Virus record (IMG/VR): IMGVR_UViG_3300036793_000016
Span: 1-63,935 of that record
Direction: 5' to 3' (one strand)
DNA from: a virus
Taxonomy: Duplodnaviria; Caudoviricetes
Length of the DNA: 63,935 nt
Shown: positions 56,449 to 63,935 of the stretch, piece after piece
How positions within the stretch are numbered: position 1 is the stretch's first letter
Layout of the letters: the number at the start of each line of letters is the position of its first letter
Notes under the pieces: generated by a model
What the model was told of the DNA's origin: nothing
What the model saw: the letters and a program-made list of their open reading frames with translations, nothing else
The model's database searches: none
Position numbers and translations under genes: made by a program

Positions 56449-57960
56449 ATGACGCAGTTCGCGTTCAAGAGGACCGGCGATGCCGACTACCCGAGGCATC
56501 TGAAAATCCTGCTGCAAGGCCCACCCAAGAGCGGGAAAACGACGTTCATCAGTACGGCGCCCAACGTCATCGTCGCGGCGGTGGAGGCGGGCCTGATGTC
56601 CATCGCTCACCTGGACGTGCCGTACGTCGAGATCGACGGCACCGACAAGCTCCAGACCTTGCAGATGACGTTGAAGGACGACTCGCTGCGCGCGATGGCG
56701 GCGAAGAACCTCGGCCTTCCCAGCATCGACACGGTGGCCATCGACACGCTCGATGCCTGGCAGGAGATGCTCAAGAAGGAAATCATGAAGGAGAACCGCC
56801 GCACGCAGATGCAGCAGGCGGACTGGGGCACGCTCAAGGAGCGCATGGCCACCATCATGAAGGCGTTCGTGGCGCTCCCGCTCAACGTGATCTTCACGGT
56901 GCACACGTCGACTTCCCAGGACGACGAGAGCCGCATCATCCAGAACCCTGCACTCCAGGGTGGCATCAAGGATGAGGTCGCGGGCTACGTCGACTTCTCG
57001 CTGCTCGCCTTCCGGGATCGCCAGGTGGATACGAACGGCATCCCGCACATCAACTACTACCTCAAGAACGAAGGCGACCTCAAGAACCCGAGCCTGGGCA
57101 ACCGGGCGGCGGGGCGCGTGCCCGAGATTTGCGAGCCGAGCTTCCGCATCCTGCACGACGCGGTGTTCAAGGGCATCGTGCGCGACACCCCGAGCCAGAA
57201 TCCGACCGAGATCACGGTCGAGGAGGCCAAGCCGGTGGCTCAGCCGGTGGCTACCAAGGGTGTAGTGGTGGCCAACCTGCCGGAGCCAGAAGTAGCTGCT
57301 CAAAACCTGAGCACGCCCTCTCCTCAACCGGCAGCCGAACAAGCTCCCCCGACCGTTCTGCCGCCCGTCCAAACACCGGCCACCCCGGAGCCGACCGGCA
57401 CCCCGCTCAGCGACGAGGGCGATCCCATCAACGCGACCGGCCTCGCGGTGCTCACCAAGAACTATCTGGCCCAAGGACTCAAGCTTCCGGACGATGTGAA
57501 CACCTGGACGCTAGGCAAGGCGCGCACCGTCGCCAAGTGGTTCGGTGCCGTGAAGGCCGACAAGGCGGCGGGCCAAGATGTGCCGCGCGAGGACACGGTG
57601 GCCTACCTGGAGGCGATGGAAGCCTACGCTGGTGACCTCCCAGGAGTTCAGACGGGCGTCGAAAATGTTCCGACCCCGCCGAAGCCACCCGTCGAGCCCG
57701 TAGAGGAGGTGACAACTCCCGAACCCCAGGCCGATGCAACACCCACGCCCACTGAGGACCAGATCGAATCCGAGGCAATCGCCCTCATCGAGAAGGAACT
57801 TGGTGGTGTGCAGATTGGCCACAACGTTGAGCCGGGCGCCAAGTGCGAGGTGTGCGGCAACGAAGTGGACGACCTCGACATCGCCAATCTGGGCCTGACC
57901 CGTTTCAAGAAGGTGCTCTGCGTCGCTGACTACAAGTCGCAGGGCAAGGTCAGCGTCTAA
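56449..57960 (+). CDS. Sak4-like AAA ATPase (recombinase) with C-terminal zinc ribbon
   Basis: GPPKSGKTT, VAIDTLD, DWG, NVIFTVH, P.LQG; C-terminal CEVC...LC. Confidence 0.8.
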   Translation: MTQFAFKRTGDADYPRHLKILLQGPPKSGKTTFISTAPNVIVAAVEAGLMSIAHLDVPYVEIDGTDKLQTLQMTLKDDSLRAMAAKNLGLPSIDTVAIDTLDAWQEMLKKEIMKENRRTQMQQADWGTLKERMATIMKAFVALPLNVIFTVHTSTSQDDESRIIQNPALQGGIKDEVAGYVDFSLLAFRDRQVDTNGIPHINYYLKNEGDLKNPSLGNRAAGRVPEICEPSFRILHDAVFKGIVRDTPSQNPTEITVEEAKPVAQPVATKGVVVANLPEPEVAAQNLSTPSPQPAAEQAPPTVLPPVQTPATPEPTGTPLSDEGDPINATGLAVLTKNYLAQGLKLPDDVNTWTLGKARTVAKWFGAVKADKAAGQDVPREDTVAYLEAMEAYAGDLPGVQTGVENVPTPPKPPVEPVEEVTTPEPQADATPTPTEDQIESEAIALIEKELGGVQIGHNVEPGAKCEVCGNEVDDLDIANLGLTRFKKVLCVADYKSQGKVSV

Positions 57961-57965
57961 CTAGA

Positions 57966-58001
57966 CAGCCGAACCAGCCGACACAGCCGAACCAGCCGAA
58001 A
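57966..58001 (+). repeat. Four tandem 9-bp direct repeats
   Basis: CAGCCGAAC CAGCCGACA CAGCCGAAC CAGCCGAAA. Confidence 0.9.
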
Positions 58002-58012
58002 GAGAGAGACCA

Positions 58013-58582
58013 ATGCCCGTATTGAAGCTAGAAGAAGCCAAGGAGTATGGCGTCCTGCCTGTGGACACCATGATTCTGATCGAGGTGGAATCCCTCAGCG
58101 AGCGCAACGTGCCCGGCAAGAACGGGAACGAGGGATGGACCAAGCTGGAGTTCAAGTGCATCATCCGCGACATCCCAGCGGCGCTCAAGGCAGACCCGGA
58201 CTACGCCGAGATGATCGGCAGCCCGATCTGGGGCTCGGTGAACATGCGATTCACCATGCACCCCGACAACAAGCTCCGCGCATGGACCGAGGCTCTGCTC
58301 AACATGGGCGAGCTGGACGCCGGGTTCGAGTTGGACACTGATCTGCTGATCGGTCGCCAGGCGAAGGCCGTCGTCACTCAGTACGACAGCAAGTTCGGGA
58401 ACAAGAAGCACCAGATCGACTCGATGCTGCCGCCCGGCCCGCTCGGTGGTGGCTCAGGTCCGGTGCCGTCGTTCCTGACGGATCGCGCGCCTGCCGCTCA
58501 GCCGGTGGCGCAGGCTCAGCCCGAGCCGCAGCTCCAGACCGTCCCAGCACAGGCCGCGTTGGACGACGACCCACCGTTCTAA
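58013..58582 (+). CDS. Single-stranded DNA-binding protein-like
   Basis: Follows the Sak4-like gene; DLLIGRQAKAVV; acidic tail DDDPPF. Confidence 0.75.
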   Translation: MPVLKLEEAKEYGVLPVDTMILIEVESLSERNVPGKNGNEGWTKLEFKCIIRDIPAALKADPDYAEMIGSPIWGSVNMRFTMHPDNKLRAWTEALLNMGELDAGFELDTDLLIGRQAKAVVTQYDSKFGNKKHQIDSMLPPGPLGGGSGPVPSFLTDRAPAAQPVAQAQPEPQLQTVPAQAALDDDPPF

Positions 58583-58588
58583 CCCCGA

Positions 58589-58640
58589 GAGATGCAGAGG
58601 GGGCGCTGCCTCGACCGCAAGCGCCCCCTCACAGCATCTC
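58589..58640 (+). terminator. Long hairpin after the SSB gene
   Basis: GAGATGC.GAGGGGGCGCT / AGCGCCCCCTC...GCATCTC. Confidence 0.6.
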
Positions 58641-58679
58641 GCACGATCATCGCCCCGAGAGAGAACAGAAGGACAAGAC

Positions 58680-60959
58680 GTGGCCCGTTTGATGCTGGTG
58701 CAGGACAAGCGTAGCTCCCATTCCGAACAAAGGGCAAGCGGTCCAAAGAACGAGGGAGAGGCGGCTCGACAGCTCCTGGAGAAGTTCGACTTTCAACCAC
58801 GTCGGACCCAAGCTCAGAACGGCCAGTACGAGTTCTTCTGCCCTTTCCACGAGGAGGCGGGCAAGCCTGCCGTCAAGGACAAGACCAACTTCTATCTGAA
58901 CTCCACGACCTCGCAGTATTACTGCCAGGCGGCGTCGTGCGGCGAGTCAGGCAACTATCAGACGCTGCGCAAGTTCTTCGACGTGAACGACGACCCGCAG
59001 CTCCTGGTCACCTACAAGTCCAAGAACGCCGACCTCCAGAAGTTCCAAGCCCGGCTCACCGCCGACCTCCGGCAGACCCTGTACCACAAGGGTCTCAACG
59101 ATGAGACGATCGACCGCTTCCGCATCGGCTGGCACTACGTGCAAGAGCCCACCGAGCATATGAGCGACGAGGAGGCCGAGGCAGCCAAGGCCAAGGGTGG
59201 CTACTACGTCATCCCCTACCTCGAAGGCCGTCGACCGGTCGCGTTCCGCTTCTACGACCCGACCCTCAAGCACGGGCCGAACGGCTCGAAGTATTGGTGG
59301 GAGCAGGCCAAGCACTCGATCCAGACCGACGAGGCCGTGCTGCGGCTGTTCAACCCAGGCAACGCGGCTGGGGATGAGAACGGACGGGTGTTCATTTGCG
59401 AGGGCGAGTTCAAGGCGATGCTCCTCGCGCGCAACGGCAAGGCTGCGGTGTCCATCCCAGGCGTCACCAGCTTTAAGCCGGAGTGGGCCCAGTTCTTCAT
59501 GCACGCCAAGGATGTCGTGATCCTGATGGACAACGACAACCCGGACCACCACCGCCACGGGCCGTGCCGCAAGTGCGGGACCACCGAGAAGGCCGACTGC
59601 TCGGGCCACAACCCAGGTCAGGACGGCGCTGACAAGCTGCTGGACTTCTTCGGTCACCGGGCCCGCAAGGTGGTCCTACCGCTGCCCACAGGCGAGGAGC
59701 CAGGGCGCGAGAACGACGACCTCAAGACCTACAAGAAGACCGACATCAACGAGTACATCATGAGAGATGGCCACTCGTTCCTGGAGTTCGACGAGCTGAT
59801 CGACGGCCCGGCCAAGGTGAGCCCGTTCCTGGTTCGGACGTTCGCCCAAATCCGTGAGGAGCCACCGGACGAGACGGTGTTCCTCGTCGACCAGGGCCTC
59901 CTCCCGAAAGGCGGTCGACTGCTCGTCACCGGCGCGCCCAAGGTCGGCAAGAGCATCTTCGCTCAGAACCTCGCGCTCTCGATCGCCAGCGGCATTCCGT
60001 TCCTGGCCCGAGGTGGCTTCGCCGGGTTCAAGATCGCCTGGGATGACCCACAGCACCGCGCGCCAGGCCACCGAGTGCTGCTGCTGGACCGCGAGCTGAG
60101 CAAGCGCAGTTTGTACGACCGTCTGAACACGCTGATGGACGGTCGACCTGGCTACCAAGCCGCCGAGGACAAGCTGCTCATCGACCACGACTTCGCCCTG
60201 CGGCTCGACGCCGATAACGCGGCGGGCCAGCTCATCAACCTCATCCAGGCCAACTCAGCCGAGGTCATCATCCTCGACACGGCCTACAAGTTCTTCGCGG
60301 GCGACATGGAGAACGCCAAGAGCGTCGCCACCGCCTTCGCCGCGCTCGACAAGGCGATCCAGGAGACCGGCGTCAGCGTCGTGCTCACCCACCACCACCG
60401 CAAGGGAGGGAGCAACGGCGCACGCAGCGAGGCGCCTAGTCCCGATCAGGTCATGGGCTCGTTCCTCTGGACCGGCTGGCCCAACGGCACCGTGCTGCTC
60501 AACTTCAAGGAGCGCAGCGTCTCCAATCCGTACGACGTGATTGCGAGCTTCGCAGCCTTCCGTGACGCCGCCGCACCCGAGCCGTTGCTCCTGTCCAGGA
60601 CGAAGGAGTCGATCTGCTACAGCGAGATCAAGTCGTTCAGCTACGAGGCGTTCGAGGAAGAGAGCGGCACCACTGCTGCCTACGCCCGAGTGCACGCCAA
60701 CCGACTGCCGCTCACCACCGAGAACGTGGCCAACGCTCTCTTGGAAGCACAGCCGGTGATCGAGGACGAGTTCATGCACATGGTCAGCGCCCGCTTCGGG
60801 TGCAAGCCAGACCGCATCAAGATTCATCTGCTCGACATTCTCGACACGCGCAAGGACTTCGTGCGTGACGGGAACGGCAGCCGCCAGAGCCCGTACAAGT
60901 GGCGGTATGCGTTCGACAAGCAAGAGGAGAAATACGACCAGCCCGAGCTAGCAATCTGA
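58680..60959 (+). CDS. DNA primase-helicase
   Basis: Zn finger CPFH...C...C; TOPRIM ICEGEFKA, MDND; RepA/SF4-like GAPKVGKS, IILDT, LTHHHRK. Confidence 0.88.
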   Translation: MARLMLVQDKRSSHSEQRASGPKNEGEAARQLLEKFDFQPRRTQAQNGQYEFFCPFHEEAGKPAVKDKTNFYLNSTTSQYYCQAASCGESGNYQTLRKFFDVNDDPQLLVTYKSKNADLQKFQARLTADLRQTLYHKGLNDETIDRFRIGWHYVQEPTEHMSDEEAEAAKAKGGYYVIPYLEGRRPVAFRFYDPTLKHGPNGSKYWWEQAKHSIQTDEAVLRLFNPGNAAGDENGRVFICEGEFKAMLLARNGKAAVSIPGVTSFKPEWAQFFMHAKDVVILMDNDNPDHHRHGPCRKCGTTEKADCSGHNPGQDGADKLLDFFGHRARKVVLPLPTGEEPGRENDDLKTYKKTDINEYIMRDGHSFLEFDELIDGPAKVSPFLVRTFAQIREEPPDETVFLVDQGLLPKGGRLLVTGAPKVGKSIFAQNLALSIASGIPFLARGGFAGFKIAWDDPQHRAPGHRVLLLDRELSKRSLYDRLNTLMDGRPGYQAAEDKLLIDHDFALRLDADNAAGQLINLIQANSAEVIILDTAYKFFAGDMENAKSVATAFAALDKAIQETGVSVVLTHHHRKGGSNGARSEAPSPDQVMGSFLWTGWPNGTVLLNFKERSVSNPYDVIASFAAFRDAAAPEPLLLSRTKESICYSEIKSFSYEAFEEESGTTAAYARVHANRLPLTTENVANALLEAQPVIEDEFMHMVSARFGCKPDRIKIHLLDILDTRKDFVRDGNGSRQSPYKWRYAFDKQEEKYDQPELAI

Positions 60960-60975
60960 GAGAGAGTGGAACAGA

Positions 60976-61323
60976 ATGACCAGCACACTGGAACAGGATC
61001 AGGACCAGCACCAGCCCGCACCAACCACCGTCATCAACAACTACGCCAGCGGCCTCGGCGAGCAGGACGCCGCTGGCTGGGTGCTCAAGCTGACACCGAA
61101 GCACAACTGCATCAAGCCTCCGATCGACAATCAGACGTTCGTCGGTTCGATCTGGCGTTGCGGTCAGTGCGGGCAGAACTGGCTCGTGTACGAGCAGCGC
61201 GGCAAGAATCAGGGCACCAAGAACCTCCGTCGCATCAACCAGGACAACGCGGCCAGCAAGATCAAGGCAGCGAAGGCTCTGGGCGACATGGACGACCCCG
61301 AAGAGACTGACACTGGCGAATGA
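60976..61323 (+). CDS. Hypothetical protein (HxC...CxxC)
   Basis: HNCIKP...GSIWRCGQCGQNW. Confidence 0.7.
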   Translation: MTSTLEQDQDQHQPAPTTVINNYASGLGEQDAAGWVLKLTPKHNCIKPPIDNQTFVGSIWRCGQCGQNWLVYEQRGKNQGTKNLRRINQDNAASKIKAAKALGDMDDPEETDTGE

Positions 61324-61550
61324 TCCACCCCGAGTCGGCGCGGCTCAGCGAAGACGAGCTTCGTCAGCGGATGCGCAAGGTGATATTGCCCAACCCGCTG
61401 ATCCACGTCGGCCCGGCGTACCCGATCCAGACCTTCGAGCACTGGGATAACCCCTACCCCGGCTACTACCACGGCGCTGTCGTCGTGGTGGATAGCTGGC
61501 TCGGCGAGGAGGTCTGGGTCGAGGAGCGTGCTCAGACTATGAGCAGCTAG
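61320..61550 (+). CDS. Hypothetical protein
   Basis: ATGA overlap, 76 aa. Confidence 0.55.
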   Translation: MIHPESARLSEDELRQRMRKVILPNPLIHVGPAYPIQTFEHWDNPYPGYYHGAVVVVDSWLGEEVWVEERAQTMSS

Positions 61551-61808
61551 TTTCTGACCTCTAGGGAGAACCGACGGATGTCCATAATCACTACCACCAA
61601 GGCCAGTCCTTTCGTACGATCGCTCGCGGGGGCCGTGAACCAGGAACGCGCGACAGTCAGCCAACCGCCGAGCCAGCGACAGGGTGGCAACCTGCCCACA
61701 AATAGCCACATCTCTCTGGGTGTTATGCCGACAAGCAGAATGCCCCTGCAATAGGCGTGATCGTGCTCGACCCACGATCCGTCTAACTAGAGAGAGAAGG
61801 CCCTGAAA

Positions 61809-63863
61809 ATGCTGAGCTTCAAGCTCACTGACTCATTCGTGAACAGCTACAAGGATCGCAAGGTCGACTGGGGGTATCAGGACGCAGGCGGGAACAGTCT
61901 GGGTGAGATCACCTTCCTGCGTACCTACTCCCGAATCAAAGAGGACGGCACCAAGGAGCGGTGGTACGAGGTCTGCCGCCGAGTAGTCGAGTGGATGTTC
62001 CACGAGCAGAAGCACCACTCCAAGATCAACCGAATCCCGTGGAACGACCACAAGGCGCAGCGTTCGGCACAGGATGCCTTCGAGCGGATGTTCACCTTCA
62101 AGTGGACGCCGCCCGGTCGTGGCCTGTGGGTGGCCGGTACGCCTCTGGTCAACGACCAGCGCAACTCAGCGGCGCTCCAGAACTGCGGCTTCGTCAGCAC
62201 CGCCGACATGTCCAAGATCGACCCGGCTGCCCCGTTCAAGTGGCTGATGGAGGCGTCCATGCTGGGCGTCGGCGTGGGCTTCGACGACAAGGGTGCCGAC
62301 AAGGACTTCTCGATCTACGAGCCAGGTTCTAACGTCCGTCAGTTTGTCATCCCGGACACCCGCGAGGGCTGGGTCGACTCGATGGGGATGCTCCTGGAGA
62401 GCTACCTCATGCCCGACAAGCAGACCCTGGACTTCGACTACTCGCTGGTGCGTCCAGCCGGTGCGCCGATCAAGACCTTCGGTGGCACGGCGGCGGGCCC
62501 GGAGCCGCTGATGAAGCTGCACCGGATGATCCGCAACAAGTTCGACGGCAGGGCTGGCTCTCCTCTCACCAGGACAGACATCGCCGACATCGGAAATCTG
62601 ATAGGTGTCTGTGTCGTCAGCGGCAACGTGCGGCGCAGTGCCGAGCTGCTGATCGGTCGCATCGACGACAAGGAGTTCGTGCAGCTCAAGAACCCGGAGT
62701 TCTTCCCGGAGCGCAACTTCTGGACCAGCGACGACAACGACACCCGTGACCGTGGCTGGGGCTGGATGAGCAACAACTCCGTCGAGGCCGAGGTGGGCAG
62801 CAACTACGACCACCTAGTCGACGCCATCGCGCTCAACGGCGAGCCGGGCATCGTCTGGATGGACATGTCCCGTCAGTACGGTCGACTGATCGACCCGCCG
62901 ACCAACAAGGACTGGCGCGTGGCCGGGTACAACCCGTGCGCCGAGCAGTCCCTGGAGAGCTACGAGATGTGCACGTTGGTCGAGACCTACCTCAACCGGC
63001 ACGACGATCTGGACGACTTCAAGCGCACCCTCAAGTACGCCTTCATGTACGCCAAGACGGTCACCCTGCTCCCGACCCACTGGGAAAAGACGAACGCGAT
63101 CATGCAGCGCAACCGTCGCATCGGATGCTCCGTCAGCGGCATCGCCAACTTCGCGGACAACAAAGGCATGACCGAGCTGCGAACGTGGCTCAATGAGGGC
63201 TACGAGACCGTGAAGCGGTACGACCAGGTGTACTCGGAGTGGCTCTGCATCCGGGAGTCGATCAAGACCACCACGGTGAAGCCGAGCGGCACGGTCAGCA
63301 TCCTCGCTGGCGAGTCGCCGGGTGTGCACTGGGCGCCCGGTGGTGAATACTTCAACCGCGCCATGCGACTGGCCAAGGACAACGCGCTCGTCCCGCTGAT
63401 CCAGCAGGCGGGCTACGTCATCGAGACCGACGTGATGGACCCGACCAACACGGTGGTCGCGTACTTCCCGATCCACTCGCAGGCCAGGCGTGCAGAGAAG
63501 GCCGTCACGATCTTCGAGAAGGCCAACCTCGCGGTCATCGCGCAGCGGTACTGGTCGGACAACAGCGTCAGCGTGACGCTGAGCTTCGACGCAGCCGAGG
63601 AGGCCAAGCACGTCGGCACGGTTCTGCACATGCACGAGGGCCAGCTCAAGACGGTGAGCTTCTTGCCAATGGGCAACAAGGTCTACCCGCAACAGCCCTA
63701 CACCGAGATCACCCAAAACGAATGGACGGACGCCAGTATGGCGCTGTTCCGCATCGACCTGGAGCCCATGTACCTGGGCGTCACGGCGAGCGAGGCAGTC
63801 GGCGAGGCGTACTGCTCCACTGACAGTTGCGAGGTTAAGGAAGTTGCCCTCAACGCAGGATGA
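61809..63863 (+). CDS. nrdJ: Adenosylcobalamin-dependent (class II) ribonucleotide reductase
   Basis: FLRTYSR, PPGRGLW, NCGF, GNVRRSAE, NPCAEQSLE..EMCTLVE, TTVKPSGTVS, C-terminal CSTDSC. Confidence 0.95.
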   Translation: MLSFKLTDSFVNSYKDRKVDWGYQDAGGNSLGEITFLRTYSRIKEDGTKERWYEVCRRVVEWMFHEQKHHSKINRIPWNDHKAQRSAQDAFERMFTFKWTPPGRGLWVAGTPLVNDQRNSAALQNCGFVSTADMSKIDPAAPFKWLMEASMLGVGVGFDDKGADKDFSIYEPGSNVRQFVIPDTREGWVDSMGMLLESYLMPDKQTLDFDYSLVRPAGAPIKTFGGTAAGPEPLMKLHRMIRNKFDGRAGSPLTRTDIADIGNLIGVCVVSGNVRRSAELLIGRIDDKEFVQLKNPEFFPERNFWTSDDNDTRDRGWGWMSNNSVEAEVGSNYDHLVDAIALNGEPGIVWMDMSRQYGRLIDPPTNKDWRVAGYNPCAEQSLESYEMCTLVETYLNRHDDLDDFKRTLKYAFMYAKTVTLLPTHWEKTNAIMQRNRRIGCSVSGIANFADNKGMTELRTWLNEGYETVKRYDQVYSEWLCIRESIKTTTVKPSGTVSILAGESPGVHWAPGGEYFNRAMRLAKDNALVPLIQQAGYVIETDVMDPTNTVVAYFPIHSQARRAEKAVTIFEKANLAVIAQRYWSDNSVSVTLSFDAAEEAKHVGTVLHMHEGQLKTVSFLPMGNKVYPQQPYTEITQNEWTDASMALFRIDLEPMYLGVTASEAVGEAYCSTDSCEVKEVALNAG

Positions 63864-63935
63864 CCCGAGATGGGATGTCGTCGAGGAAGACCTTCGATGG
63901 CTCATCTCTAACGGTGTGACGGACGGTGAGTCCCT

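Noticed and set aside
61809-63863. Intein or intron in nrdJ (also checked terminase and helicase)
   Set aside because: Lengths are normal, frames are continuous and no splicing or homing-endonuclease motifs were seen.
67-63905. Many long minus-strand ORFs (e.g. 40645..42585, 35709..37466, 51363..52796)
   Set aside because: Antisense shadows of GC3-biased + strand genes; no motifs or RBS, and they fully overlap well-supported genes.

Overview
One 64-kb stretch of a high-GC tailed bacteriophage genome, almost certainly infecting an actinobacterium. Every credible gene is on the + strand. Order: (1) 1-5.7 kb accessory region with two small RNA operons (7 tRNAs: fMet, an atypical CUG-anticodon tRNA, Asn, Ala, Gln, Trp, Pro; none encodes CCA) interleaved with several unexplained highly structured RNA elements, plus vWA, methyltransferase, zincin-like and Pro/Thr-repeat genes; (2) terminase, portal, protease-like, scaffold, decoration and major capsid genes; (3) a glycosyltransferase/methyltransferase cassette and a tandem array of modular fibre genes inside the virion operon; (4) head-tail connectors, major tail protein, a tail chaperone with a -1 frameshift, a 2241-aa tape measure, a LysM baseplate hub and many minor tail proteins; (5) holin-like and membrane genes with no visible endolysin; (6) a replication module (PD-(D/E)xK nuclease, LexA-type HTH, Sak4-like ATPase, SSB-like, primase-helicase, class II RNR). 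Best novelty candidates: the promoter-driven array of structured non-tRNA RNAs among the tRNAs (933-1614), and a leaderless 12-codon Trp/Pro-containing leader peptide with mutually exclusive hairpins directly in front of the tRNA-Trp/tRNA-Pro pair (4793-5041). All protein family names come from motif recognition by eye and all RNA structures were paired by hand; no searches were run.
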